This document shows positions 17,732-26,030 of a stretch of 64,000 nucleotides of DNA, piece by piece. Source of the stretch: Desulfurococcales archaeon (GTDB lineage Archaea > Thermoproteota > Thermoprotei_A > Sulfolobales > Acidilobaceae). A program made the position numbers and the translations under genes. Location: NCBI GenBank assembly GCA_015521205.1, contig WAOQ01000005.1:1701-65700 (forward strand). Direction: 5' to 3'. The notes beneath the pieces were generated by a model. The model had not been told where the DNA came from. It ran no database searches and was given only the letters and a program-made list of their open reading frames with translations. The number at the start of each line of letters is the position of its first letter. The first letter of the stretch is position 1.

Positions 17732-18269
17732 GCTTGTCTTCCTTGTAATCGAGGAGAGTTTGAGTATGTTGGCTGGTGATCTTAAGCCTAACCGGCTTAC
17801 GTTTGTGAAGGGCGGGTTGCCGCCGCTTGTTGGCGGGTTGTTGAGTAGGGAGATGCATACTTTGGTTGGGATGGTGGGTTTTTACAAGCATGCGTATGTG
17901 ATAGTGTATCCGACCGATGATAGGGGGTTATTGTTGGATGGGGTGGAGCGTCTTGAGGCCCGCGGAGAGGCCGCCGCGTCTGGAGATGCTTTGCAGTTAG
18001 CATTTCTTGCTGCGTCTCCGTTTGCCCGTGAAGGGTATAGTGTAAGATTGGTGTTGTTCACGGATGGGGATTCGAACGCTGGTGTCCCTTTGCGGTTGGT
18101 GGGTGATAACTTGGCGTTGAACAGGGTCAGGGTTGACGTTGTGGGCGTGGGTAGGCTGTCGTCCAAGGATCGTGGTTTGTTGAAGAGTATAGCTTCAGAG
18201 ACTGGTGGTAAGTTTATTCATCTTACTGGGGGGGATGTTCGGGTTCGTCTGGGACAGCTTCTAGAGTAG
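17703..18269 (+). CDS. small von Willebrand factor A (VWA) domain protein with a variant MIDAS
   Basis: VWA beta-alpha pattern LVFLVIEESLSM (E-x-S-x-S in place of D-x-S-x-S) ... ASGDALQLA ... RLVLFTDGDSNAG. It overlaps the upstream gene by 29 nt. An ATG at 17711 is an alternative start. Confidence 0.65.
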   Translation: MSRMLVSSGELVFLVIEESLSMLAGDLKPNRLTFVKGGLPPLVGGLLSREMHTLVGMVGFYKHAYVIVYPTDDRGLLLDGVERLEARGEAAASGDALQLAFLAASPFAREGYSVRLVLFTDGDSNAGVPLRLVGDNLALNRVRVDVVGVGRLSSKDRGLLKSIASETGGKFIHLTGGDVRVRLGQLLE

Positions 18270-18366
18270 TGTTAGTAGTGTTATTGTTGTATTTGTGTTA
18301 TCCTCTTAACCTTTAGGTGCTTTTCTTCTAGCCGAGGCATGTAGGCTGGGTAGCGGTGTTGGCACG

Positions 18367-20388
18367 GTGGGTAAGGGTAACTTTTGGCCTGTGAAGGTGC
18401 GGTTGTTTTGGTGTCCCGATAGGAATGTCCCTCTGCTAGGTCCTAGGTGTAGTGGTGGTGCTGGGCCTCCTTTGAAGCTTACAGAGCCTGGTGATGCTAG
18501 GCCGGCGTTTCAGCATGATTTGGAGGTTATCGGTAGGGCTTATGGGAACGAGTTTGGGTCGAAGGAGGGTTTGGCTCGTTTTCTTGGTAGGGGCGTTGTC
18601 TTGTTGAATAAGGTTCCGTTTATGGATGAGATGAAGGAGATCGTTTCTAGGGGTGCTGTTGTAGGCCGGGTTTATTATGAGCCTTTGGAGGGGCGGTGGA
18701 GGCTTCGGCTTAGTCGTCCTGGTATTCTTAGGATCATGGATCGTGGCTTGTTCTCCACTTATACTGTGAATGGTGGTTTGTATGTGTTGAAGAGGAGACG
18801 ACGTATAAGGGCCTCTGGTTTCCGGGAGGGAGAACAGGTTGTTTTGTTGGATGATGGGGGGGAGCCTATAGGCATTGCATATTATAGGGGCGGCGAGCTG
18901 GTAGTTCATAATGTGTATTATACTATGTACCCGGAGGGTTTCTCGGAGGATAGGGATTCCTCTTGGGGCGAGACCGTCGAAGAGAACGAGGGTTATCTGG
19001 ACGAGCTCGAGGAGAGGGCTATTCGTTTCCTGAGTGGCATGTATAAGAAGCATGGAGGCCCGGTTATCGTTTCTTTCTCTAGCGGGAAGGATAGTCTCGT
19101 AGCTCTTCATCTGGCGTTGAGGGCTGGCTTGGAGCCTCGGATACTCTTTAACAATACCGGCATTGAGTTGCCCGAGACCGTTGAGATGGTTTACCGGATC
19201 GCTGATATGTGGGGATTGGAGGTTATAGAATCGTCTGCTGGTGAGGCTTTCTGGTATGCGGCCGAGAGATTGGGGCCTCCTGGTAAGGATTATCGATGGT
19301 GTTGTAAGATTACTAAGCTGGCGCCGTTGGCTAGAACCGTGAATAGATTGTTCCCCGATGGTGCTTTGAACATTGTAGGTCAGAGGGCTTTTGAGAGCTT
19401 GGATAGGGCTAGGAGTGGACGGGTTTGGAGGAATAAGTGGTTGCCACAGCTTCTTAATGTGAGCCCGATCCAGTACTGGGGGCAGCTTGCGGTTTGGCTC
19501 TATATTTTCAGGTATAGGCTTCCCTATAACCCCTTATATGAGAAGGGGTTCGACAGGCTTGGTTGTTTCATGTGCCCGGCAGCTACGGTAGCTGAGATGG
19601 ACACTGTGAGGGAGACGCACCCGGAGTTGTGGAGACGGTGGGAGAATGTGTTGTACCGATGGGCCAAGAGGATAGGTTATAGTGATAGTGCTGCCCGGGT
19701 CTGGGTTGAACGGGGCGTGTGGAGATGGCTTACTCCAGCACAGCAGAAACAAAGGCTGGCTAGGAGGCTGGGCTTAAGGTTGACTAGTTGGGTGGAGAAG
19801 TATACTAGGATGGCTTCCCCATCGCTAAAGGATATTGATGAGGATAATGGTGTGGAGGCTGTTTTCGACGAGGAGTTTAGTATTGAGTCTCTGGATGATC
19901 AGTATACCGTCGCTGGCGCCTTCGAGCGTAGGGGTAAGGGTGAATACGTTCTGGGCGATAAGGTGAGGGTGGTTTCCAATGGAACGAGGATTAGGATTGA
20001 AGGGTTGCGCGGACGTGCCGGTAGGGAAGTGCTCTATGACTTTGTCAAGCTGATGTATCGATGGGAACACTGTGCTGGTTGTAGGCTCTGCGAGGAGAGT
20101 TGCCCCACGGGAGCCATACGGGTGCTGGAGGAGAGCGATGGTGGTTTTAGGCCGGTGGTTGATCCGGGTAAGTGTATTCATTGTAAGCTATGTTTGGATA
20201 ATTGTCCCGTCGCGGACGTATTTGTTGAGAAGGTGCCTATAGCTGTTGCGGAGGGAGAGGTTACTGCTTGGAGGAGACCTTGGAAGAGGGGTAGGAGTAG
20301 TGTGGTGAGACGGTACAGGTTGTTGAAGCTTAGAGGTCGGTCCATAGAGGGTGAAGAAGACGAGGAGGGCATTTATATGGGTGCTTAA
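18367..20388 (+). CDS. PAPS-reductase-family PP-loop ATP pyrophosphatase with an N-terminal PUA-like domain and a C-terminal 2x[4Fe-4S] ferredoxin domain
   Basis: PP-loop SFSSGKDSLVALHL and two ferredoxin motifs, CAGCRLCEESCP and CIHCKLCLDNCP. The N-terminal ~200 aa have a Cys pair plus a PUA-like segment (GEQVVLLDDGGEPIGIAYYRGGELVVHNV). Confidence 0.8.
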   Translation: MGKGNFWPVKVRLFWCPDRNVPLLGPRCSGGAGPPLKLTEPGDARPAFQHDLEVIGRAYGNEFGSKEGLARFLGRGVVLLNKVPFMDEMKEIVSRGAVVGRVYYEPLEGRWRLRLSRPGILRIMDRGLFSTYTVNGGLYVLKRRRRIRASGFREGEQVVLLDDGGEPIGIAYYRGGELVVHNVYYTMYPEGFSEDRDSSWGETVEENEGYLDELEERAIRFLSGMYKKHGGPVIVSFSSGKDSLVALHLALRAGLEPRILFNNTGIELPETVEMVYRIADMWGLEVIESSAGEAFWYAAERLGPPGKDYRWCCKITKLAPLARTVNRLFPDGALNIVGQRAFESLDRARSGRVWRNKWLPQLLNVSPIQYWGQLAVWLYIFRYRLPYNPLYEKGFDRLGCFMCPAATVAEMDTVRETHPELWRRWENVLYRWAKRIGYSDSAARVWVERGVWRWLTPAQQKQRLARRLGLRLTSWVEKYTRMASPSLKDIDEDNGVEAVFDEEFSIESLDDQYTVAGAFERRGKGEYVLGDKVRVVSNGTRIRIEGLRGRAGREVLYDFVKLMYRWEHCAGCRLCEESCPTGAIRVLEESDGGFRPVVDPGKCIHCKLCLDNCPVADVFVEKVPIAVAEGEVTAWRRPWKRGRSSVVRRYRLLKLRGRSIEGEEDEEGIYMGA

Positions 20389-23258
20389 CGGTTTCGAGGG
20401 GTTTTCCAGTACTTCCTCGTTTCTAGGTAGCGTTTTTCTTCTTCCATTATTGCTTTGTAGAAGGCCTGTTCTCCCTGTTGCATGAGTACGCGCATTACTC
20501 TTATTGCTGCCCTCGGTCCTATACCGCGGGCTGATAGGGCTTGGATTACGTAGCCTGCTTTTCCATCGCTAGAGTAGGATAGGAGTAGGTTTGCTCGTTG
20601 GCGTAGTTCATCGTATAGCTTACGTTCTCGTGGTGTTAGCTTCTCGCCTCTAAGAGCTTTACGTGCTATGGATACGGATTCTGTGTCGCCGCGCCACACG
20701 GGTGCCACGAATCCCCGTCCACATTTTGGGCATCTGATCTTGGTGTTTTTCGTTGGTGTTCTTATTGTCCATGTGTGCCCGCATAGTAGGCATATTAGTC
20801 GACTCTCTGTTCTTAGTAGACGTTTCTTTACAGCATCTACTATTAGTGCTTGGAGTATTGCGCGGCGTCCTGTGGCTGTTTCGGGCATTCTCATGTAGGG
20901 GTTTGAGAGTACTTCCCTTGCCAGCGGCGTCGTTTTTCCGCGTCCGTCTATTATTTGTATGTGCTTTGGTTTTAGGTTGGACACGTATTCTATTACGGCG
21001 TGTGCATCGTTTGTTTCTATCAGCGTCTCCCTCACAGCCTCGGTGTCCACGGGGGTTCCCCTGTAGACAGATATGGCTCGTTTCAACATTTCATGGGATA
21101 ACCGGGCTTCGGGTTCGATTACCCCCATTCTCTTTGCTACCCAGTTGAAACGTATCTTATATGACGAGGTGTTGCGTATAACGCCTATCAATAAGGATAA
21201 TATATCGCCGGGCTCCATGGTTGAGAGTTTTTCTAGTCCCTTCTTTATGCTGGAGGCGAGGAGGCGAGGATCAGAGTTTGACATGAATACTATCGCGTAT
21301 GGTATACGGACGAATTCTACGGGCGAGGGTAGCTGGGCGAGTGCTGATAATAGGATGCCTAGTGTTAGATTGCCTTTGCTGCCGAGGCAGGTATATAGTA
21401 TGACTCCTCCATCGATTATTTCGATTAACGGCGTTTTCCACCCGAGCGACTGTATCCTGGGATCCGAGTGGAGCTCGTCTGCAAGACGCTTTAGGGTTTC
21501 TAGCGTGTTTTTTGACATGAACCGGTTGTAGGCTTTTGCTATTCTTTGAAAAGCTTGGGAACCGTCTGTTATAAGAAAAGATAACAATGCACATACTTCT
21601 CTGGCAGTCTTATAATGAACGGGTATGAGCTCTCCTTCCCAGCTTGGTACAGCCGCGTTTGAGTCGCCATGAGGGTATGCGTAGATCTTGCCTTTCTCAC
21701 CGTCTATCTCGACTGCCCGCCATATTTTTCCTGAGAGTACAAAGTAGGGCTGCTCCTCCGTTATGTTTAGCGCCACGAATTTTTCGGATATCTTTCCTAT
21801 CAGTTGGTTGGAAGAGGCGTCTATGACATCGTAATCAATGTCGTCTGGTATCATGGACACGGTGTAGAAGTACTTGTAGGTTCTGCGTGTTCTTCGTAGT
21901 CTTCCTCCTTCTATTCTGGCAGTTTTTATGGAGTCCATAAACTCTGCTAGGTCAACCGTTTCTTCCGGGGAGAGGTTCGTGTAGTTTGGTATTCTTGTTA
22001 GAAGAGAGTGTATCTCCATGATGTCTACGGGATTTTTTTCGTCGAGTAGGAGTCCAGCTATCCCGTGTACTGCCGCGTCGTATGATTTCTCATAGAAAGG
22101 CAGGTCTTCAAGGTCGCCTCCTAGGGATCGGCGAGCTAGTACGAGAGACTCTAGTATCTCGTATAGGTTTGGCGGTACTATTATGACACCTTCGCTTGTT
22201 GCTTGAAGTTTGTGTCCAGCTCTTCCTACTCGTTGGATCAGGTTTGAGGCGCGTCGTGGGGATGTAAATTGGATTACAAGGTCTATTTTGCCTATATCTA
22301 TCCCGAGTTCCATGCTTGAGGTTGCTACTAAGATCCTCTTTTTCCCGCTTCTGAACAGTGTCTCAGTCTTTTCTCGTTGGCTTTTATGAAGGCTCCCATG
22401 ATGGACTCCTACTATTTCTTCACCCAACCTTTTGGCTAGGTGGTGACCCAGGAGTTCGGCTACTTGTCTTGTGTTTACGAATATCAAGATGTTCCCATTG
22501 GTTCTTTCCGCGTAGTGTGTTATTAGTCGGATCGCGTCTTGTAAGTATTTCTCGTTGGAGCCTGGGACTTCGATGATTATATTATATTTCTTGTACGAGT
22601 TGTCTTCAACCACTGATGCAAAGCCTCCAATGAGGTTTTGGACATATCGCTTCCCCCTTTCCGACAATGTAGCTGAAAGCCCTACCTTTGGAGCCTGTCT
22701 CCCTGCTATCCTAGCAAGCCTTTCAAGTGATATTGCGAGGGACACGCCGCGTTTACTTGATGCGACCTCGTGTATCTCATCGATTACTATCCAGCGCAAC
22801 CGTTTCCATGCTTCTCGGAGCTTCTTAACTGTTAGCAGGTATGAGAGGGATTCAGGTGTTGTAACCATTACTGTAGGGGGTTGCTCTAGGAAACGTTTGC
22901 GCCCGCTTTTACCAGTGTCCCCATGTCGTACCATCATAGTGTACCCAGCAAGTTTAACTAGGTTTTCCATTCGTAGAAATACATCTCTGTTGAGGGCTCG
23001 GAGGGGCGTGATGTATAGTACACGTATACCCTCTGGGCTGACTTTGTCTTTTATCAACGTATCGAGGATAGGTATCAGCGCAGCTTCAGTTTTACCACTC
23101 CCCGTCGGTGATATGACTAGCGTGCTCCGTTTTTGGAGGATGACGGGTATGGCTTTCTCTTGTATGGGGGTAGGTTCCCTATAGCCTAGATTGAATATTA
23201 CTTTTCTCATCTTCGGTGTGAGCATGCTAAACACGTTGTTTTTCACCGATATCGACAC
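20385..23258 (-). CDS. lhr: Lhr-type (large helicase-related) DEAD/DEAH-box ATP-dependent helicase
   Basis: Motif I SPTGSGKTEAA, motif II VIDEIHEV, motif V/VI TSSMELGIDIG and QRVGRAGH. The long C-terminal domain has a Zn ribbon (CLLCGH...CPKCG). 957 aa is typical of archaeal Lhr. Confidence 0.85.
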   Translation of the reverse strand: MSISVKNNVFSMLTPKMRKVIFNLGYREPTPIQEKAIPVILQKRSTLVISPTGSGKTEAALIPILDTLIKDKVSPEGIRVLYITPLRALNRDVFLRMENLVKLAGYTMMVRHGDTGKSGRKRFLEQPPTVMVTTPESLSYLLTVKKLREAWKRLRWIVIDEIHEVASSKRGVSLAISLERLARIAGRQAPKVGLSATLSERGKRYVQNLIGGFASVVEDNSYKKYNIIIEVPGSNEKYLQDAIRLITHYAERTNGNILIFVNTRQVAELLGHHLAKRLGEEIVGVHHGSLHKSQREKTETLFRSGKKRILVATSSMELGIDIGKIDLVIQFTSPRRASNLIQRVGRAGHKLQATSEGVIIVPPNLYEILESLVLARRSLGGDLEDLPFYEKSYDAAVHGIAGLLLDEKNPVDIMEIHSLLTRIPNYTNLSPEETVDLAEFMDSIKTARIEGGRLRRTRRTYKYFYTVSMIPDDIDYDVIDASSNQLIGKISEKFVALNITEEQPYFVLSGKIWRAVEIDGEKGKIYAYPHGDSNAAVPSWEGELIPVHYKTAREVCALLSFLITDGSQAFQRIAKAYNRFMSKNTLETLKRLADELHSDPRIQSLGWKTPLIEIIDGGVILYTCLGSKGNLTLGILLSALAQLPSPVEFVRIPYAIVFMSNSDPRLLASSIKKGLEKLSTMEPGDILSLLIGVIRNTSSYKIRFNWVAKRMGVIEPEARLSHEMLKRAISVYRGTPVDTEAVRETLIETNDAHAVIEYVSNLKPKHIQIIDGRGKTTPLAREVLSNPYMRMPETATGRRAILQALIVDAVKKRLLRTESRLICLLCGHTWTIRTPTKNTKIRCPKCGRGFVAPVWRGDTESVSIARKALRGEKLTPRERKLYDELRQRANLLLSYSSDGKAGYVIQALSARGIGPRAAIRVMRVLMQQGEQAFYKAIMEEEKRYLETRKYWKTPRNR

Positions 23259-23406
23259 GATGGCAACCCCTTGTCTAGCGTAGTTTTTAACACTTCTTCA
23301 GTGTAACCCTTCTTCATGTTGGTTCAATGTATTTGAGTTGAAACCGAATAAACTATGCCTTCCCGGGGAGAGAAGAGAGGCGTGGAACGTCGAATGGTGT
23401 TGAATT

Positions 23407-25095
23407 GTGGGTTGGACGTCTAGGCTAGCATTGCTAGCTATGGTTTCAGCTGTTTACGGGTCAACTTTGGCGACCTATATTTATGCAGCTAACGCTGCTC
23501 GACAACTATTCGTTCCCGGCATACAAGTTGTAGTAGCGGGTGCTGTTCTCGCCTTGGGAGTCATTGCGGCTTTAAGGTTTACAGGCAGTCCCGGCTTTTC
23601 ATTGCTTACAATATGGGGTACTTTCCGGCTCTTAAACTGGTATGGATGGAATGGGATGGAGGTAATGATTATCCCCCTGGCAGGAGTAGTGCTTTATAGT
23701 GTATGGAAGGGCGAACATGGCATCCAAGAGCCTCTTTACTATAAACCGAAACATTGTGGATTCGAGTTTATGTCGGTTTTAGGGTCGTTCTCCGGCGTTT
23801 TGTTGGGTATAGCATTATTTTTCTATGTGCCAAACGGATGGTTGGGTTCGTTCACTCTCGCCGACGTGGTTGTAGGGTTTGTTTTAGGTATTCTCTCTCA
23901 GTGCCAGCTTTGGAAGGTTCCTCTCTACTCTGTGTTGCCCGTGATTAATGGTGTGTTGGCTCCTTTGGCGGCGCTCGATCTGTTATCCTCGTCTATACGG
24001 CTCAGACCTTGTGAGGGGGCTGAACTGGGCCGGGTCGAGGGTGTGCTTCTCTATGGTTTTATGGGGGATTCTGTGAGAGGAAAAGAAGGATCTGGAAAGG
24101 GGATTGTTGGGTGGCATTGGGTTAGCGTGTCTGACTCGTCTCTCATTAGCAGGTTTGAAGAGGGTGGCAACGTTCATTGTGTAGTGTTCGGGAAGAGCGG
24201 TAGTGGCAAGTCAACCTTTGTAAAGGGTCTACTGGGAATGTATAGGAATGCAGGATATAGCGTTGTGATATTTGATTTTCATGGTGAATACGTGTCTACT
24301 GGCTGGAGGCGGACTCGGCTGGGGCGGGGAGAGGGAATCGATGTGTGTGGTTTGGGGGAACCTGAATGGACTTCGCTACTTTTAGGAGACGCGTTCCGCA
24401 GTGCACTTCGCTTGGGACCTATCCAGTATAATATGCTGGTTAACGCGGTACGCGAGGCCTTAGTGGAGGGATGCCTTGGCAACACGCCTTTCATCTCCTC
24501 TGTGAGAAAGATGCTACGCAGGGGCCTTGAGGAATATGGTATAGGAGACCAGAAGAGTCTTCAAAGTTTACTGCTTTATCTGGACGAAATAGAGCCGTTG
24601 TTTTCTGGCGGTTTGAATCCTAAAGTGGAACAAGGAAGTGTTATGGTCTTGGACATGTCAGGATTACCTAGTCGGAGGGCGAAGATTGTAGCTGTGGAGA
24701 TCCTTTCCCGGCTATTCTTCCATCTGGCTTCCGCTAATAGAGTTGGAAGGACATTACTAGTTGTTGAGGAGGCCCATGTTTTGCCAGAGGACACTTTCCT
24801 CGGCAAAATATATGCTGAGGGAAGAAAGTTCGATTTTGCAGCCGTAACAATATCTCAGCATCCTTCAAGTGTTTCGAGAGAGATCGTAGGTAATTCTTCT
24901 TGGCGCTTTATTTTCCAGCTGGATGAACCGGGCGAGTTATCGTATGCTTCCAAACTAATTGCCGGGACGCAAGAGGATAAGAGGAGGGTTGTAGAAGAGA
25001 CCGTTTCTAGGCTTAACGTAGGCGAGACGGTGGTCAGGGGGCCGCACTGCGGGGAAATAGGCGTGTTTCTAGTAAAAACTAGCCGGACAAGTTAA
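23407..25095 (+). CDS. membrane-anchored HerA/FtsK-like (DUF87) P-loop ATPase
   Basis: About 200 aa of N-terminal hydrophobic helices, then Walker A VVFGKSGSGKST, the HerA-type DFHGEY motif, Walker B LLVVEEAH, and RKFDFAAVTISQHPS. Confidence 0.75.
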   Translation: MGWTSRLALLAMVSAVYGSTLATYIYAANAARQLFVPGIQVVVAGAVLALGVIAALRFTGSPGFSLLTIWGTFRLLNWYGWNGMEVMIIPLAGVVLYSVWKGEHGIQEPLYYKPKHCGFEFMSVLGSFSGVLLGIALFFYVPNGWLGSFTLADVVVGFVLGILSQCQLWKVPLYSVLPVINGVLAPLAALDLLSSSIRLRPCEGAELGRVEGVLLYGFMGDSVRGKEGSGKGIVGWHWVSVSDSSLISRFEEGGNVHCVVFGKSGSGKSTFVKGLLGMYRNAGYSVVIFDFHGEYVSTGWRRTRLGRGEGIDVCGLGEPEWTSLLLGDAFRSALRLGPIQYNMLVNAVREALVEGCLGNTPFISSVRKMLRRGLEEYGIGDQKSLQSLLLYLDEIEPLFSGGLNPKVEQGSVMVLDMSGLPSRRAKIVAVEILSRLFFHLASANRVGRTLLVVEEAHVLPEDTFLGKIYAEGRKFDFAAVTISQHPSSVSREIVGNSSWRFIFQLDEPGELSYASKLIAGTQEDKRRVVEETVSRLNVGETVVRGPHCGEIGVFLVKTSRTS

Positions 25096-25149
25096 TTCCG
25101 GTGATTCGAAACCATTATTATAACCCGTTTTACTGCGGCTAACCTATCG

Positions 25150-25563
25150 GTGGACTGGCGTTTGGGGTGTAGTAGTGTGAGCGCTACAGACGTTGAAGCT
25201 GTCGAAGAACAGCCTGTGGAAGAGCCGGAGGAGCTTATCGGGGAGCCCGGTGAGGCAGAAGAGGTTGAAACCATACAATTAGACGCTTCGCTTGTCGAAA
25301 AAATGATGGAATATGTTGACGTGTTATTGGGGGTTAGGGATGGGACTATCAGTCTTACTGAGGCACGTGCTCTCTTAAAGAGCATTTATCCTAGCTTTGG
25401 TGTTAAGAAGAAAAAGACTAAAGTGACGAAGAAGAAAACTAAGAAAACCGTAGTAAAGAAAACAAAGAAGACTTCAGAGAAAAAAGCAAAGAAAGAAAAG
25501 AAGAAAACTAAGAAAAAGAAATCAAAGAGTAAGAGTGCAGAAAAGGAATCTTTAGAAGAGTGA
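25150..25563 (+). CDS. rpo13: acidic-head / helix-turn-helix / lysine-tail protein, candidate RNA polymerase subunit Rpo13
   Basis: Acidic N-terminus (EAVEEQPVEEPEELIGEPGEAEEVE), then a short helical core (LDASLVEKMMEYVDVLLGVRDGTISLTEARALLKSIY), then a K-rich tail (KKKKTKVTKKKTKKTVVKKTKKTSEKKAKKEKKKTKKKKSKSK). This tripartite layout matches what is known of crenarchaeal Rpo13. The start may be the GTG at 25177. Confidence 0.5.
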   Translation: MDWRLGCSSVSATDVEAVEEQPVEEPEELIGEPGEAEEVETIQLDASLVEKMMEYVDVLLGVRDGTISLTEARALLKSIYPSFGVKKKKTKVTKKKTKKTVVKKTKKTSEKKAKKEKKKTKKKKSKSKSAEKESLEE

Positions 25564-25941
25564 TATTTTCTCGATAACCACGTCATCGTATCCCATAGCT
25601 ACAAGTTTCTTTTTAATCTCTTCTATGGGTACAGAGCGATGGAAAATTATTGTTACTCTTTTCTTGCCCTCATCCTTCTCGAGTCTTAGTTTTTCTACTA
25701 CCACACGCCCCTCTAGTAGTGCCTTATAATCCTGTGGAGGCGTCAGATAGTCTTTATGTTTCTTGCGGGCTACCTCGTAGAACACATCAAAGTTTTCTAT
25801 GAATCTTATTGATTCTTCGAGTTCTTGGGTTAGTCCCCGCTCTTCGACAAACATGTTTAAGAGTTCTATGGCTTCTTGAGCGTCTAGCGTGATACTACGG
25901 CTTTTCCCTATCCCCACTATGATCTTTGCTTTTTTCGCCAT
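25552..25941 (-). CDS. hypothetical protein
   Basis: 129-aa ORF with lysine/glutamate-rich, normal-looking composition. It is convergent with, and overlaps by 12 nt, the Rpo13-like gene. No family recognised. Confidence 0.55.
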   Translation of the reverse strand: MAKKAKIIVGIGKSRSITLDAQEAIELLNMFVEERGLTQELEESIRFIENFDVFYEVARKKHKDYLTPPQDYKALLEGRVVVEKLRLEKDEGKKRVTIIFHRSVPIEEIKKKLVAMGYDDVVIEKISLF

Positions 25942-26030
25942 TCCAACAACACCCTATCTAGGCAGATATAACTTGATGTAGGAAAAGGTAGAATATAATT
26001 AAGGGTATCCTACATTTTTATCAATATTGG

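Noticed and set aside
18436-19110. 224-aa minus-strand ORF (and similar ORFs at 17583-18166 and 19534-20372)
   Set aside because: They are antisense to the VWA and PP-loop genes. The translations are P/T/H/R-rich nonsense that results from the G+T-rich sense strand.
22555-23184. 209-aa plus-strand ORF (and ORFs at 20668-21531)
   Set aside because: They are antisense to the Lhr helicase gene, which carries all the canonical SF2 motifs in the other frame.
25386-25586. 66-aa F/V-rich minus-strand ORF, and the 97-aa ORF at 25092-25385
   Set aside because: They are antisense translations of the poly-lysine (AAG/AAA gives CTT/TTT) and acidic regions of the Rpo13-like gene, so they are pure low-complexity artefacts.
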